The position numbers were made by a program, and so were the translations under genes. Positions 1 through 8,800 of a DNA stretch of 64,000 nucleotides are shown piece by piece. Source of the DNA: Methanobacteriota archaeon (lineage in GTDB: Archaea > Undinarchaeota > Undinarchaeia > Undinarchaeales > Undinarchaeaceae); contig NZBN01000007.1 of the NCBI GenBank assembly GCA_002687935.1, forward strand, positions 84,383 to 148,382, given 5' to 3'. Under the pieces are notes generated by a model. That model saw only the letters and a program-made list of their open reading frames with translations. It searched no databases and had not been told where the DNA came from. Position 1 is the stretch's first letter, and each line of letters opens with the position of its first letter.

Positions 1-343
1 CTCTATCAGAGTTTCCGTGGATTCCGTCTGCTTCGTCAACGAGTATTATTTTTCCATCCCCTGTCAGACTCATCTGACGGGAAGCACCTCCTATAATTTC
101 TTCTATATCTGCCTTCTTCCTTACATCTGAGGCGTTTGTCTCCAGAAGCTCATTTCCAGTTTCCTTTGCCAGGGCTGAAACAAGAACGTTTTTCCCGCAG
201 CCACTCGGTCCAATAAGAAGAATTCCTGAACCTGGTTTGTAATTCTTAACAAAAGTTTTCAGAGTCTCTGCAGCCTTTCCCTGGCCAAGCACTTCCTCAA
301 TTTTCGTCGGGCTGTATTTCTCAGCCCACGGTTCATTTCCCAT
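1..343 (-). CDS. rfcL: Replication factor C large subunit, N-terminal part (runs off window start)
   Basis: Not in ORF track. Manual translation from ATG at 343: MGNEPWAEKYSPTKIEEVLGQ...ILLIGPSGCGKNV...LLETNASDVR (RFC boxes II, III, V); overlaps the rfcS stop. Confidence 0.93.
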   Translation of the reverse strand, partial: MGNEPWAEKYSPTKIEEVLGQGKAAETLKTFVKNYKPGSGILLIGPSGCGKNVLVSALAKETGNELLETNASDVRKKADIEEIIGGASRQMSLTGDGKIILVDEADGIHGNSDR

Positions 344-1304
344 CTTTTCCGGTCTTGTAAAGCTGAGCCAGGAAGGCATTTATCTGTATAATATCGTTCG
401 AGCCTTCGGTTATTCTGAAGTCATATTCTCCTAGCCTGTCCAGGAGTCCTGCCAATGCGTTTTCCGGAATTTCTTCCATTCTCAGAAGAGCTCGGTGCAT
501 CTGCCTTATCACATCTTCTCCAGAAACACCTTTGTCAATCATCATAGTGGTAATTTTTTTCCGTGCTTCTCTGAATCCGCCATTCATGGCGAGCTTGAGA
601 CAGTCTTCAACTTCTCCGGGTTTGCTTCTTGCCGAAACAAGATAAACTGATTCCTCGCTTATACTCTCCCCACTAGATGCGACAGCCTGCATAAGGTTTA
701 TCGCTGTTCTAAGGTCTCCGGTTGCGATTTCAAGAAGAGCTTCTATTCCACTGGCGTCTACAGAAAGTTTCTCCTCCGCTGCTATAAATTTCAGTCTTTT
801 TTCAACTTCTCCCTTCTCAACTGGTCCGAATCTGAAAATTGCGCATCGTGACTGTATCGGGTCTATAATTTTTGAACTGTAATTACAGGAAAGTATGAAG
901 CGGCAGGTATGTGTATAATTTTCCATAGTGCGTCTTAGTGCCTGCTGTGCCTCTTTCGTCAGAGCGTCACTTTCATCCAGATAAATTATTTTGTAAGGAA
1001 CATCTCCGAGTGCTTTTGTTCTTGCGAAGTCCTTTACTTTATTTCTTACTACGTCAATTCCTCTTTCATCAGAGGCATTTAACTCAAGAAAATTACCTTG
1101 CCAGTTGTCTCCAAAAGTTTCTTTCGCAAGAGCGAGTGCGCAGGTAGTTTTCCCCGTTCCTGCAGGTCCTGAAAAGAGCAGATGCTGAAGCGTTTTAGAT
1201 TCTGCGAAGGCGCTTAGTCTTTCCACTATGTGTTTTTGTCCCACGACTTCCGATAGTACAGTGGGTCTGTACTTCTCTGTCCAAATATCTGTGCTAAATT
1301 CCAT
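333..1304 (-). CDS. rfcS: Replication factor C small subunit
   Basis: WTEKYRP, GPAGTGKT, LELNASDERG, DESD and SRC motifs; 323 aa, no intein. Confidence 0.97.
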   Translation of the reverse strand: MEFSTDIWTEKYRPTVLSEVVGQKHIVERLSAFAESKTLQHLLFSGPAGTGKTTCALALAKETFGDNWQGNFLELNASDERGIDVVRNKVKDFARTKALGDVPYKIIYLDESDALTKEAQQALRRTMENYTHTCRFILSCNYSSKIIDPIQSRCAIFRFGPVEKGEVEKRLKFIAAEEKLSVDASGIEALLEIATGDLRTAINLMQAVASSGESISEESVYLVSARSKPGEVEDCLKLAMNGGFREARKKITTMMIDKGVSGEDVIRQMHRALLRMEEIPENALAGLLDRLGEYDFRITEGSNDIIQINAFLAQLYKTGKDGK

Positions 1305-1387
1305 CTCCCAAAACTGTTTTTGTCTGCGTGTTATATAAAACTTCGTTGCCTGTTAATTTTTTATAGAAGTGTCTCTAATGATAGTGT

Positions 1388-2056
1388 ATGAATTATCCTC
1401 TTCACATGGGAATAATCCCTGATGGCTGTCGCCGATGGGCTTCTGAAAAAGGCTCACTTCCTTGGGATGGCCATCTTAAAGGAATTGGGGTTATGGAAAC
1501 AGTTTCCAAATGGATTCTTTCTGAAACTCCTGTGAAACATCTCACTGCATACGGACTTTCTGCGTCAAATTTGAAGCGTCCTGCTTCTCAGCTGAAGGCT
1601 CTTGAAAAATTGTATTCAAAATATTTCATTAAACTTTCAAAAGACAAGGATATTCACGAAAACCAGGTAAGGGTTGGAATTATAGGTTCCCGTAACCTTT
1701 TACCGGAAAAAATCCTTGATGCTGCTGATGTTGCTGTGGAGGCAACAGCTAATTATGACAGCAAATTTTTCAGAGTTGCTCTTGCCTATTCTGGTCGCCA
1801 GGAAATAGTAGATGCTGTCAAGAAATCCGGAGAAAAATTGTCAGTGGAAAGTATATCCCAAAATCTTTATTCAGATTATCCTGATGTCGACTTGATATTC
1901 AGGACTTCCGAGCGCCGCCTGAGCAATTTCATGCTCTGGGCTTCAAGTTATTCTGAGCTCTATTTTTTAGACAAGTATTGGCCTGATGTAAGCGTTGACG
2001 ATATTCGCGTGGCACTTGAAGACTATGATTCCCGTCAACGAAGGCACGGAGAATAG
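1388..2056 (+). CDS. uppS: cis-prenyltransferase (undecaprenyl/dolichyl diphosphate synthase family)
   Basis: IPDGCRRWA, ALAYSGRQEI, DLIFRTS-RLSNFMLW, C-terminal RRHG. Confidence 0.9.
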   Translation: MNYPLHMGIIPDGCRRWASEKGSLPWDGHLKGIGVMETVSKWILSETPVKHLTAYGLSASNLKRPASQLKALEKLYSKYFIKLSKDKDIHENQVRVGIIGSRNLLPEKILDAADVAVEATANYDSKFFRVALAYSGRQEIVDAVKKSGEKLSVESISQNLYSDYPDVDLIFRTSERRLSNFMLWASSYSELYFLDKYWPDVSVDDIRVALEDYDSRQRRHGE

Positions 2057-3118
2057 CTATCTCAGAAGACCTCTGATAAAAGGAACCTGAGTTATTAGTC
2101 TGGGATTTTTTAAGAAACCTTTCAGAAGAAGAGTCGGCTTGTCCATATCTCCATATTCCTGCATAAGTTTTACCATACTCTCGTTTCCAAGCGTGTCCCA
2201 GAATTTGTCCATCTCTTCGTCTGTCATGCTTGAGAGAATGTTATTAATCGCCACAGCCTTTTTCAAATCAGGATAAATCTCATTCCTAAATCGTTTTTCA
2301 TATATGTTTAAGTCCTTTTTTTCTATTGCATCTGCCAATATTTCTGCGGATTTCATACCCATATAAATTCCCCCACCTGTTGTTGCCTTTACCTGACCTG
2401 CCGCGTCTCCAACCAAGGCAACATTTCCCTTCAATATAGGTTTTCTGACACGCATTGGTATAAATCCTGCCAAACATTTTCGCTGTTCGACTTTTCCAAA
2501 CCTCTCTTCTATAAATCTGTCAAGGTACTCCTTCGGTTTCTCTCTTGTTCCTAGGCCTACACGGAGATTTTTGTCCGTCGGTATTATCCAGGCAAAGAAA
2601 CCTGGAGCCACCTTCTGTCCAAGATGGAGCTCTACAAAGTCCTTGTCATATCCGTCGTTGTCTATTTCAACTTGAACTCCAACGACATGTTTTTCTAGTG
2701 GCGGAAACCCTGCCAGCCTCGCAACTGTTGAGTGGGCTCCGTCTGCACCAACTATATATTCAGAATTAAAGTCTAAAGAGTTGACGTGCACTCCTTCCTT
2801 GACATCAAGACCCTTCGCTAGATGTCTGTCATATTCTCCTCTGTCAACAATATCTGCTTGTTTCTCTTCTCTTGAAACTTCAACAACTTTTTTGCTTGGA
2901 GAATAAAGCTTAGCTCCTTTTACTTGATTGAGTATTACTTTTTTTGGCATATCAAGAAGTTCTGCAAAATTGTTACTAAAAACTCCGGAACACTGAACTG
3001 GTCTTCCTATGTCTGGACTACTTTCATACACTGTCGAATCTATTCCCTTATCTTTAAGCTTTCTCGAAAGATGTAGTCCGGCTGGTCCTCCACCGACTAT
3101 TGTAACTTGAGAATCCAT
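2057..3118 (-). CDS. Geranylgeranyl reductase family FAD oxidoreductase
   Basis: GGGPAG FAD motif, CSG, GADG, FAWIIP, LVGDAAGQVKATTGGGI. Confidence 0.88.
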   Translation of the reverse strand: MDSQVTIVGGGPAGLHLSRKLKDKGIDSTVYESSPDIGRPVQCSGVFSNNFAELLDMPKKVILNQVKGAKLYSPSKKVVEVSREEKQADIVDRGEYDRHLAKGLDVKEGVHVNSLDFNSEYIVGADGAHSTVARLAGFPPLEKHVVGVQVEIDNDGYDKDFVELHLGQKVAPGFFAWIIPTDKNLRVGLGTREKPKEYLDRFIEERFGKVEQRKCLAGFIPMRVRKPILKGNVALVGDAAGQVKATTGGGIYMGMKSAEILADAIEKKDLNIYEKRFRNEIYPDLKKAVAINNILSSMTDEEMDKFWDTLGNESMVKLMQEYGDMDKPTLLLKGFLKNPRLITQVPFIRGLLR

Positions 3119-3151
3119 AAGTTTAAATTGCTCCTTCGGATATAATAATTT

Positions 3152-3400
3152 ATGGTCGAACAGGAATATCTTGAGGAATTAAAACGTGCAGTTCTTGAAA
3201 TAGAGGAACACGCAAATATGTTTTCCCTTGAGGACCTTATAAGTTACGCAAAAGGACATGGAATTCCTGAAAAAGAAGTAGATGGCTTGATTCATGAGCT
3301 TATTGCGGAAGAATACATTCACAAAATAAAGGGAACAGAACTTTATTCAAGAACTATTCACAAGGATTACAGTCAGGCGGCAGAGAAGCAGCCTCTTTAG
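3152..3400 (+). CDS. Small stand-alone winged-helix-like protein
   Basis: 82 aa with its own TATA-like element; helix pattern resembles the C-terminal WH domains of MCM and of the RPA-like protein in this window. Confidence 0.55.
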   Translation: MVEQEYLEELKRAVLEIEEHANMFSLEDLISYAKGHGIPEKEVDGLIHELIAEEYIHKIKGTELYSRTIHKDYSQAAEKQPL

Positions 3401-4191
3401 GCAGTGGCGCCTTCCATTGCGTTTTTACATTCATCAGAGCGCTCGTCCGGAATTTTTGCTATGACTTCTGCAAGGAGTTTTTTGATTTTTCCGACATTCT
3501 GTTCCATAACTGAGATTACTTCTTCATGACTTACAATATGACCTTCCTTCCAACAATCGTAATCAGTTACCATTGAAACAGGTGCATAGCAAATCGATGC
3601 CTCTTTTGCCAGAATAGATTCTGGGACAAGTGTCATTCCTATTATGTCAGCGTTCCAGCTTCTGAAAAGTTCTGATTCTGCGCGTGTAGAAAATCTTGGT
3701 CCTTGTATACAAACATAAGTAGCTTTTTCGTGGTGCTTAATTCCGAGCTCCCTTGCTCCACTTATCAGGATTTCTCTAAGGGGTTGGCACATAGGGTCAG
3801 CCATTGATACGTGGGCAACTTTTCCTTCATCGAAAAAAGTGGACTCTCGTCCTGAAGTCCTGTCTATAAACTGGTCTGTAAAAGCAAGGTCTCCAGGTTT
3901 ATATTCTTCCTTTAAAGAGCCGACTGCCTGAGCCGCTATTATTCTTTGTACTCCAAGCTGTCTGAACCCGTCTATATTTGCACGATAGTTCACCTGATGG
4001 GGTGCAAGTGCGTGATCCTTTCCGTGTCTTGGAAGAAATGCAATCTGCTTCCCAAGGTATTCTCCAACAAGATAGCTATCAGCCGGACTTCCATACTTAC
4101 CTTCTAAAGTAATTTCTTCTGAGTTTTTCAGAAACTCAGCGTCGTAGACTCCTGAGCCACCTATAACTCCAATATCAACTTGCCTTTCCAT
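3397..4191 (-). CDS. mtnP: S-methyl-5'-thioadenosine phosphorylase
   Basis: IGVIGGSG, FLPRHG, VNYRANI, DQFIDRT, GPRFSTRAES, IGMT, VTDYD motifs. Confidence 0.95.
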   Translation of the reverse strand: MERQVDIGVIGGSGVYDAEFLKNSEEITLEGKYGSPADSYLVGEYLGKQIAFLPRHGKDHALAPHQVNYRANIDGFRQLGVQRIIAAQAVGSLKEEYKPGDLAFTDQFIDRTSGRESTFFDEGKVAHVSMADPMCQPLREILISGARELGIKHHEKATYVCIQGPRFSTRAESELFRSWNADIIGMTLVPESILAKEASICYAPVSMVTDYDCWKEGHIVSHEEVISVMEQNVGKIKKLLAEVIAKIPDERSDECKNAMEGATA

Positions 4192-4206
4192 TGTTTTTCT
4201 ATGCCT

Positions 4207-4228
4207 AATAAAAGTTATAAGCTTATCT
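4207..4228. promoter_or_regulatory. Single palindromic TATA box (TTATAA, 4215-4220) with BRE-like flanks on both sides; candidate bidirectional promoter
   Basis: Box centre is about 26 bp from both the mtnP ATG (4191) and the apt ATG (4243). Confidence 0.6.
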
Positions 4229-4242
4229 TACAATTTTCCTAT

Positions 4243-4764
4243 ATGGATTTAAAGGACAAAATACGGAACATACAGGATTTCCCAAAAAAAGGAATAGTTT
4301 TCCGTGATATAACGACTTTAATACAGGATCCAGAGGTCTTCCAATATATTGTCGACAATTTCAAGAATGAATTTTCAAATTCCGAAATCGATGTAATTGT
4401 CGGAGTAGAATCTCGTGGTTTTATTTTCGGAGCAGCTCTTGCATATGCAATGGGCATTCCCTTTACAATGGTCAGAAAACCCGGAAAACTTCCAAGTAGT
4501 ATTGTTTATGAGGAATACGAACTCGAGTACGGGACCGACAGGCTGGAAGTCCATGACGATGCGGTCAAGGAAGGGGACAAAGTCTTAATTGTAGATGACC
4601 TGTTAGCGACCGGAGGAACTTCTCGAGCAACTGCCAACTTAATAGAAAAAATAGGTGGGGAACTTGTAGCCTTCGCTTTTGTCATTGAGCTGTCATTTCT
4701 TAATGGACGAGAAAAGCTTAAAGACTACAAAATATACTCGCTTGTTGATTACAAATCAGACTAA
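4243..4764 (+). CDS. apt: Adenine phosphoribosyltransferase
   Basis: MDLKDKIRNIQDFPKKGIVFRDITTL, ESRGF, EYELEYG, PRPP motif VDDLLATGGT. Start moved from 4180 to ATG 4243. Confidence 0.94.
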   Translation: MDLKDKIRNIQDFPKKGIVFRDITTLIQDPEVFQYIVDNFKNEFSNSEIDVIVGVESRGFIFGAALAYAMGIPFTMVRKPGKLPSSIVYEEYELEYGTDRLEVHDDAVKEGDKVLIVDDLLATGGTSRATANLIEKIGGELVAFAFVIELSFLNGREKLKDYKIYSLVDYKSD

Positions 4765-6014
4765 TGAGTAAAATAGCAGATGAAAAACTGGCGGCACAAG
4801 GTCGAAAGAAAATAGAGTGGGCAGAATCCAGAATGCCTGTTCTTATGAGCCTGCGCGAGAAATATGGAAAGACCAAGCCTCTGAAAGGTCAGAGAATAGC
4901 TGGCTGTCTCCATGTTACAAAGGAAACAGCTGTTCTCATAGAAACTTTGGTTGCAGCAGGGGCGGAAATCTCCTGGAGTGGTTGCAACCCCCTTTCAACA
5001 CAGGACGATGTGGCAGCAGCTCTCGCCGAAGCGGGTACGGACATCTATGCCTGGCACGGACTTTCAAATGAGGAATTCTACTGGTGTATAGACCAAACTC
5101 TGAAGTTCAAACCGACACTTACTCTCGATGATGGGGCTGATTTAATTTTTACAATACACAATAAACACCCTGAACTTGCTAAAGAGGTTATTGGAGGAAC
5201 AGAGGAAACAACGACTGGCGTTCACAGACTTCGCGCAATGGGGAATGAAGGAAAGCTTCTTTATCCTATAATAGCTGTCAATGATGCTGAAACAAAATGG
5301 GATTTCGACAATGTCTATGGAACAGGTCAGAGCACTCTCGATGGAATAATGAGGGCCACATCTGTCCTTTTCGCAGGAAAGACGGTTGTTGTCGCAGGAT
5401 ACGGACACTGTGGTAGAGGACTTGCTCTCCGGGCAAGCGGTCTTGGAGCAAATGTAATTGCAACTGAAGTTGACCCCGTTGCCGCGCTTAAGGCAACTCT
5501 AGAAGGTCACCGAGTTATGAAAATGGACGAGGCAGCAAAACTTGGAGATATATTCATAACAGCAACAGGAATGAAAGACGTAATTGTTAAGAGACATTTT
5601 GAAAGCATGAAGGACGGGGCAATAGTTTGCAACACCGGACACTATGACCTTGAAATAAATATTGGTGATTTGGAATCTATCAAAAAAGACAAACGAGAAA
5701 TTCGCCCAAACAATGAAGAATATCTTTTGCAGAATGGACGAAGAATCTATCTTCTTGCGCAGGGACGTCTTGTTAATCTTGCTGCAGCAGAAGGTCATCC
5801 CTCTGAAGTTATGGATATGAGTTTTGCAAACCAGTTTATGTCAATGATGAGTCTTGTAGAGAATAAGGGAAGTCTTGAAAACAATGTTCATGACATAGAT
5901 GCTGAGCAGGACCGGCAAATCGCTGAACTAAAACTTGAAACAATGGGGTTTTCTCTGGACAAACTCACAACAGAGCAGATAAAATACCTTACTGATTACG
6001 CCTCTGGCACATAA
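4764..6014 (+). CDS. ahcY: S-adenosylhomocysteine hydrolase
   Basis: GCLHVT, CNPLSTQD, EETTTGV, KWDFDNVYGTGQS, GRLVNL, GHPSEVMDMSFANQ. Confidence 0.97.
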   Translation: MSKIADEKLAAQGRKKIEWAESRMPVLMSLREKYGKTKPLKGQRIAGCLHVTKETAVLIETLVAAGAEISWSGCNPLSTQDDVAAALAEAGTDIYAWHGLSNEEFYWCIDQTLKFKPTLTLDDGADLIFTIHNKHPELAKEVIGGTEETTTGVHRLRAMGNEGKLLYPIIAVNDAETKWDFDNVYGTGQSTLDGIMRATSVLFAGKTVVVAGYGHCGRGLALRASGLGANVIATEVDPVAALKATLEGHRVMKMDEAAKLGDIFITATGMKDVIVKRHFESMKDGAIVCNTGHYDLEINIGDLESIKKDKREIRPNNEEYLLQNGRRIYLLAQGRLVNLAAAEGHPSEVMDMSFANQFMSMMSLVENKGSLENNVHDIDAEQDRQIAELKLETMGFSLDKLTTEQIKYLTDYASGT

Positions 6015-6096
6015 TAAAAAATCTTTATAATTTTGACTTTAGGGGAGCCTTTATATACTTTAAATACTACTTAAAGCACTCCTGGGAGGGATTATT

Positions 6097-6726
6097 ATGG
6101 CAAAAACCGCAAAAACCGCAAAAACCGCAAAAACTTCAAAAACTTCAAAAACTTCAAAAACTTCAAAAACTTCAAAAAGCACACTTAAACCAAAAATAAA
6201 GATTGAAAATGTTGTCGCAAGCGCTGCCGTCGATGCTGAAATTGACCTGGATAAGATTGCTGCGACTCTAGATAACGCTGAATATGAGCCAGAGCAGTTT
6301 CCAGGTCTCGTTCTGAGACTGACTAAACCAAAGGCCGCAATTCTCGTATTCTCTTCGGGCAAAATGGTTTGCACCGGTTCAAAAGAGATAAAAACAGTAA
6401 AGGTCGCTATTGCAGAGACTCTTAAACAAATCCGCAAATGCGGTATAAAAGTAAAGGGTGAGGCAACAATAAAAATACAAAATATTGTCGCATCTTCTGA
6501 TCTAAAATCTGAGCTAAATCTGGATAATATTGCGTTTACGCTTGAGAACACAGAGTTCGAACCGGAACAGTTTCCTGGTCTCGTTTTCAGAGTTACTGAT
6601 CCTAAGGTAGTTTTCCTACTTTTCAGATCAGGTAAAATTGTGTGCACAGGTGCAAAGAAAATTGTCGACGTCAGTAGAGGCGTCGAGAAGTTGGTCAAGG
6701 AGCTCAAAAAAGCCAAAGTTCTTTAA
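6097..6726 (+). CDS. tbp: TATA-box binding protein with N-terminal repeat tail
   Basis: Two TBP repeats (IENVVAS...YEPEQFPGLV...GKMVCTG; IQNIVAS...FEPEQFPGLV...GKIVCTG). Confidence 0.97.
   Translation: MAKTAKTAKTAKTSKTSKTSKTSKTSKSTLKPKIKIENVVASAAVDAEIDLDKIAATLDNAEYEPEQFPGLVLRLTKPKAAILVFSSGKMVCTGSKEIKTVKVAIAETLKQIRKCGIKVKGEATIKIQNIVASSDLKSELNLDNIAFTLENTEFEPEQFPGLVFRVTDPKVVFLLFRSGKIVCTGAKKIVDVSRGVEKLVKELKKAKVL
6100..6180 (+). repeat. 9-bp tandem repeat x9 (GCAAAAACC/GCAAAAACT/TCAAAAACT) coding (AKT)4(SKT)4SKS
   Basis: Read directly from the sequence, starting immediately after the tbp ATG. Confidence 0.95.
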
Positions 6727-6754
6727 CTAGGCTTTCCTAATACAAATTCTGTGA

Positions 6755-8800
6755 GTGGGAGATATGCAGGATTCTATTGACAAATTTGAGCAGTTTTTCA
6801 AGACGAAGAAATACTACGGAAGACTTCTCGAAATAGCTAAGGAATATCCGGACAAGAGGTCTGTTTTAGTAGACTTTGCTGATATTGACAAATCCTTTCC
6901 GAACTTGGCTGATGACCTACTTCTTCATCCAGAAGAAGCGCTTCGCCAAGCGCAGGATGCAATATCTGAAATAGATCTTCCAATCGATGTTGAAAATCTG
7001 TCCATCAATGTCCGTCTGCATAATCTTCCAAAAGCACACACCATTGTTATCAGGGACGTTCGTTCAGACCATCTTGATAGATTAATTTCTGTTGAGGGTA
7101 TAGTTAAAAATGCGGCTGAAGTCAGACCAAAGGCTTTGAAAGTCACTTTTGAATGCCCTGAGTGTAAGACTAATATGGTTTTGCCACAGTTTACAAAAAA
7201 CATGGTTTCTCCTAGTCAGTGTGATAATTTCGAGTGCGCACGCCGTGGAAGATTCAAAATTATCAATGAAACATTGATCGACTCTCAGATACTCAAAGTT
7301 CAGGAAGCCCCTGAGTCAATTTTTGGAGGAGAACAGCCTTCTGAATTATATGTTCACCTTTCTGATGACTTAGTTTCTCCTCCTGAAAGAAAGAAAGTAA
7401 TGCCAGGAAACAGGGTTCAGCTCGTCGGCTCTCTGAAAAAAGTCCCAATTCCTTCAAGGAGTGGAGCTCAGACTGTTAATTATGATTTCTATCTGGAGGT
7501 TAATCACGTTGACCCAACTGAACAAGAATTCCAGGAAATTGATTTGTCGGATGAAGATATTGAAAAAATAAAGAAATTCTCAAAAGATCCAAAAATCTAT
7601 GAAAAACTTATTGCATCCATTGCACCATCTATTCGAGGAAATGAAGCAATTAAAGAAGCAATACTTCTCCAGCTCATGGGTGGTGTCAGAAAACAACATC
7701 CTGATGGAACCCTTGTCAGAGGAAATGTTCACATTTTCATTGTTGGAGACCCCGCTGTCGGGAAATCTCAGATACTTCGTTATGTTTCAGGACTGGCTCC
7801 AAAAGGTCGTTTCGTTTCAGGAAAAAAAGCATCTGGGGTCGGTCTTACTGCAGCAGTTGTTCGTGACGATTTTGCAGGTGGTTGGACATTGGAAGCGGGG
7901 GCACTTATTCTTGCAAATAATGGAATTGTCTCTGTCGATGAGTTTGACAAAATGAGTGATGACGACCGCTCGGCAATGCTGGAGGCTATGGAGCAAGGTA
8001 CAATTTCTATAGCAAAGGCAGGTATTGTAACAACCCTGCGAGCTAATACCTCTGTTCTTGCTGCAGCAAACCCAAAATACGGACGTTTTGATGTGTATAA
8101 ACCTCTATATGAGCAAATAGACCTGTCTCCCGTTATATTGAGCAGATTTGATCTGAAGTTCACTTCAAGAGACTTGCCAGGCTCTGACAAGGATACTCTT
8201 CTTTCAGAACACGTTCTTACAGCCCTTATTTCTCCAAAGACAATTGAGCCTGAAATTTCTTCTGAATTCATTCAAAAATATGTTGCATATGCCAGAAATC
8301 TTGATCCGGAAATGACTGAAAAGGCAAAAGAGCTAATACAACACTTCTACGTTAGCTGGAGGGGTAAATATAGAGATGATGACGACAATGGCGGAGTAGT
8401 CCCTCTTACCCCAAGACAGCTTGAAGCTATGGTTCGTCTCTCTGAAGCCTCAGCCCGCATCAGACTGGCAAAGAAGGTGTCCCTAAATGACGCAAAGAGG
8501 GCTACAAAACTTATAGAGCAGTCCTTAAGGGATCTCGGTACTGACCCTGAAACAGGAAAAATTGATATAGACCGAATGGAAGCAGGAACTTCCTCAGTGC
8601 AGAGGAGCAGAATAAATACAATCCTCACTATAATAGATGAACTCTCAAAAGAGCAGGGTCCCAATATAAAAATAGATGATGTTTTGATAGAGGCAGCCAA
8701 CCGTGGAATAGACAATCTCAAAGCAGTTGAACTTATAAGCAAATTAAAATCAAAGGGTGATTTGTTTGAGCCGCGCCAAGGTATCCTCAAAAAGCCCTGA
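6755..8800 (+). CDS. mcm: MCM replicative helicase
   Basis: C4 zinc finger (CPEC...CDNFEC), GDPAVGKS, VDEFDKM, LSRFD, C-terminal WH; no intein. Confidence 0.97.
   Translation: MGDMQDSIDKFEQFFKTKKYYGRLLEIAKEYPDKRSVLVDFADIDKSFPNLADDLLLHPEEALRQAQDAISEIDLPIDVENLSINVRLHNLPKAHTIVIRDVRSDHLDRLISVEGIVKNAAEVRPKALKVTFECPECKTNMVLPQFTKNMVSPSQCDNFECARRGRFKIINETLIDSQILKVQEAPESIFGGEQPSELYVHLSDDLVSPPERKKVMPGNRVQLVGSLKKVPIPSRSGAQTVNYDFYLEVNHVDPTEQEFQEIDLSDEDIEKIKKFSKDPKIYEKLIASIAPSIRGNEAIKEAILLQLMGGVRKQHPDGTLVRGNVHIFIVGDPAVGKSQILRYVSGLAPKGRFVSGKKASGVGLTAAVVRDDFAGGWTLEAGALILANNGIVSVDEFDKMSDDDRSAMLEAMEQGTISIAKAGIVTTLRANTSVLAAANPKYGRFDVYKPLYEQIDLSPVILSRFDLKFTSRDLPGSDKDTLLSEHVLTALISPKTIEPEISSEFIQKYVAYARNLDPEMTEKAKELIQHFYVSWRGKYRDDDDNGGVVPLTPRQLEAMVRLSEASARIRLAKKVSLNDAKRATKLIEQSLRDLGTDPETGKIDIDRMEAGTSSVQRSRINTILTIIDELSKEQGPNIKIDDVLIEAANRGIDNLKAVELISKLKSKGDLFEPRQGILKKP

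Noticed and set aside
6100-6180. CRISPR-like array
   Set aside because: Spacer-less 9-bp in-frame coding repeat; no CRISPR repeats or cas genes anywhere in the window.
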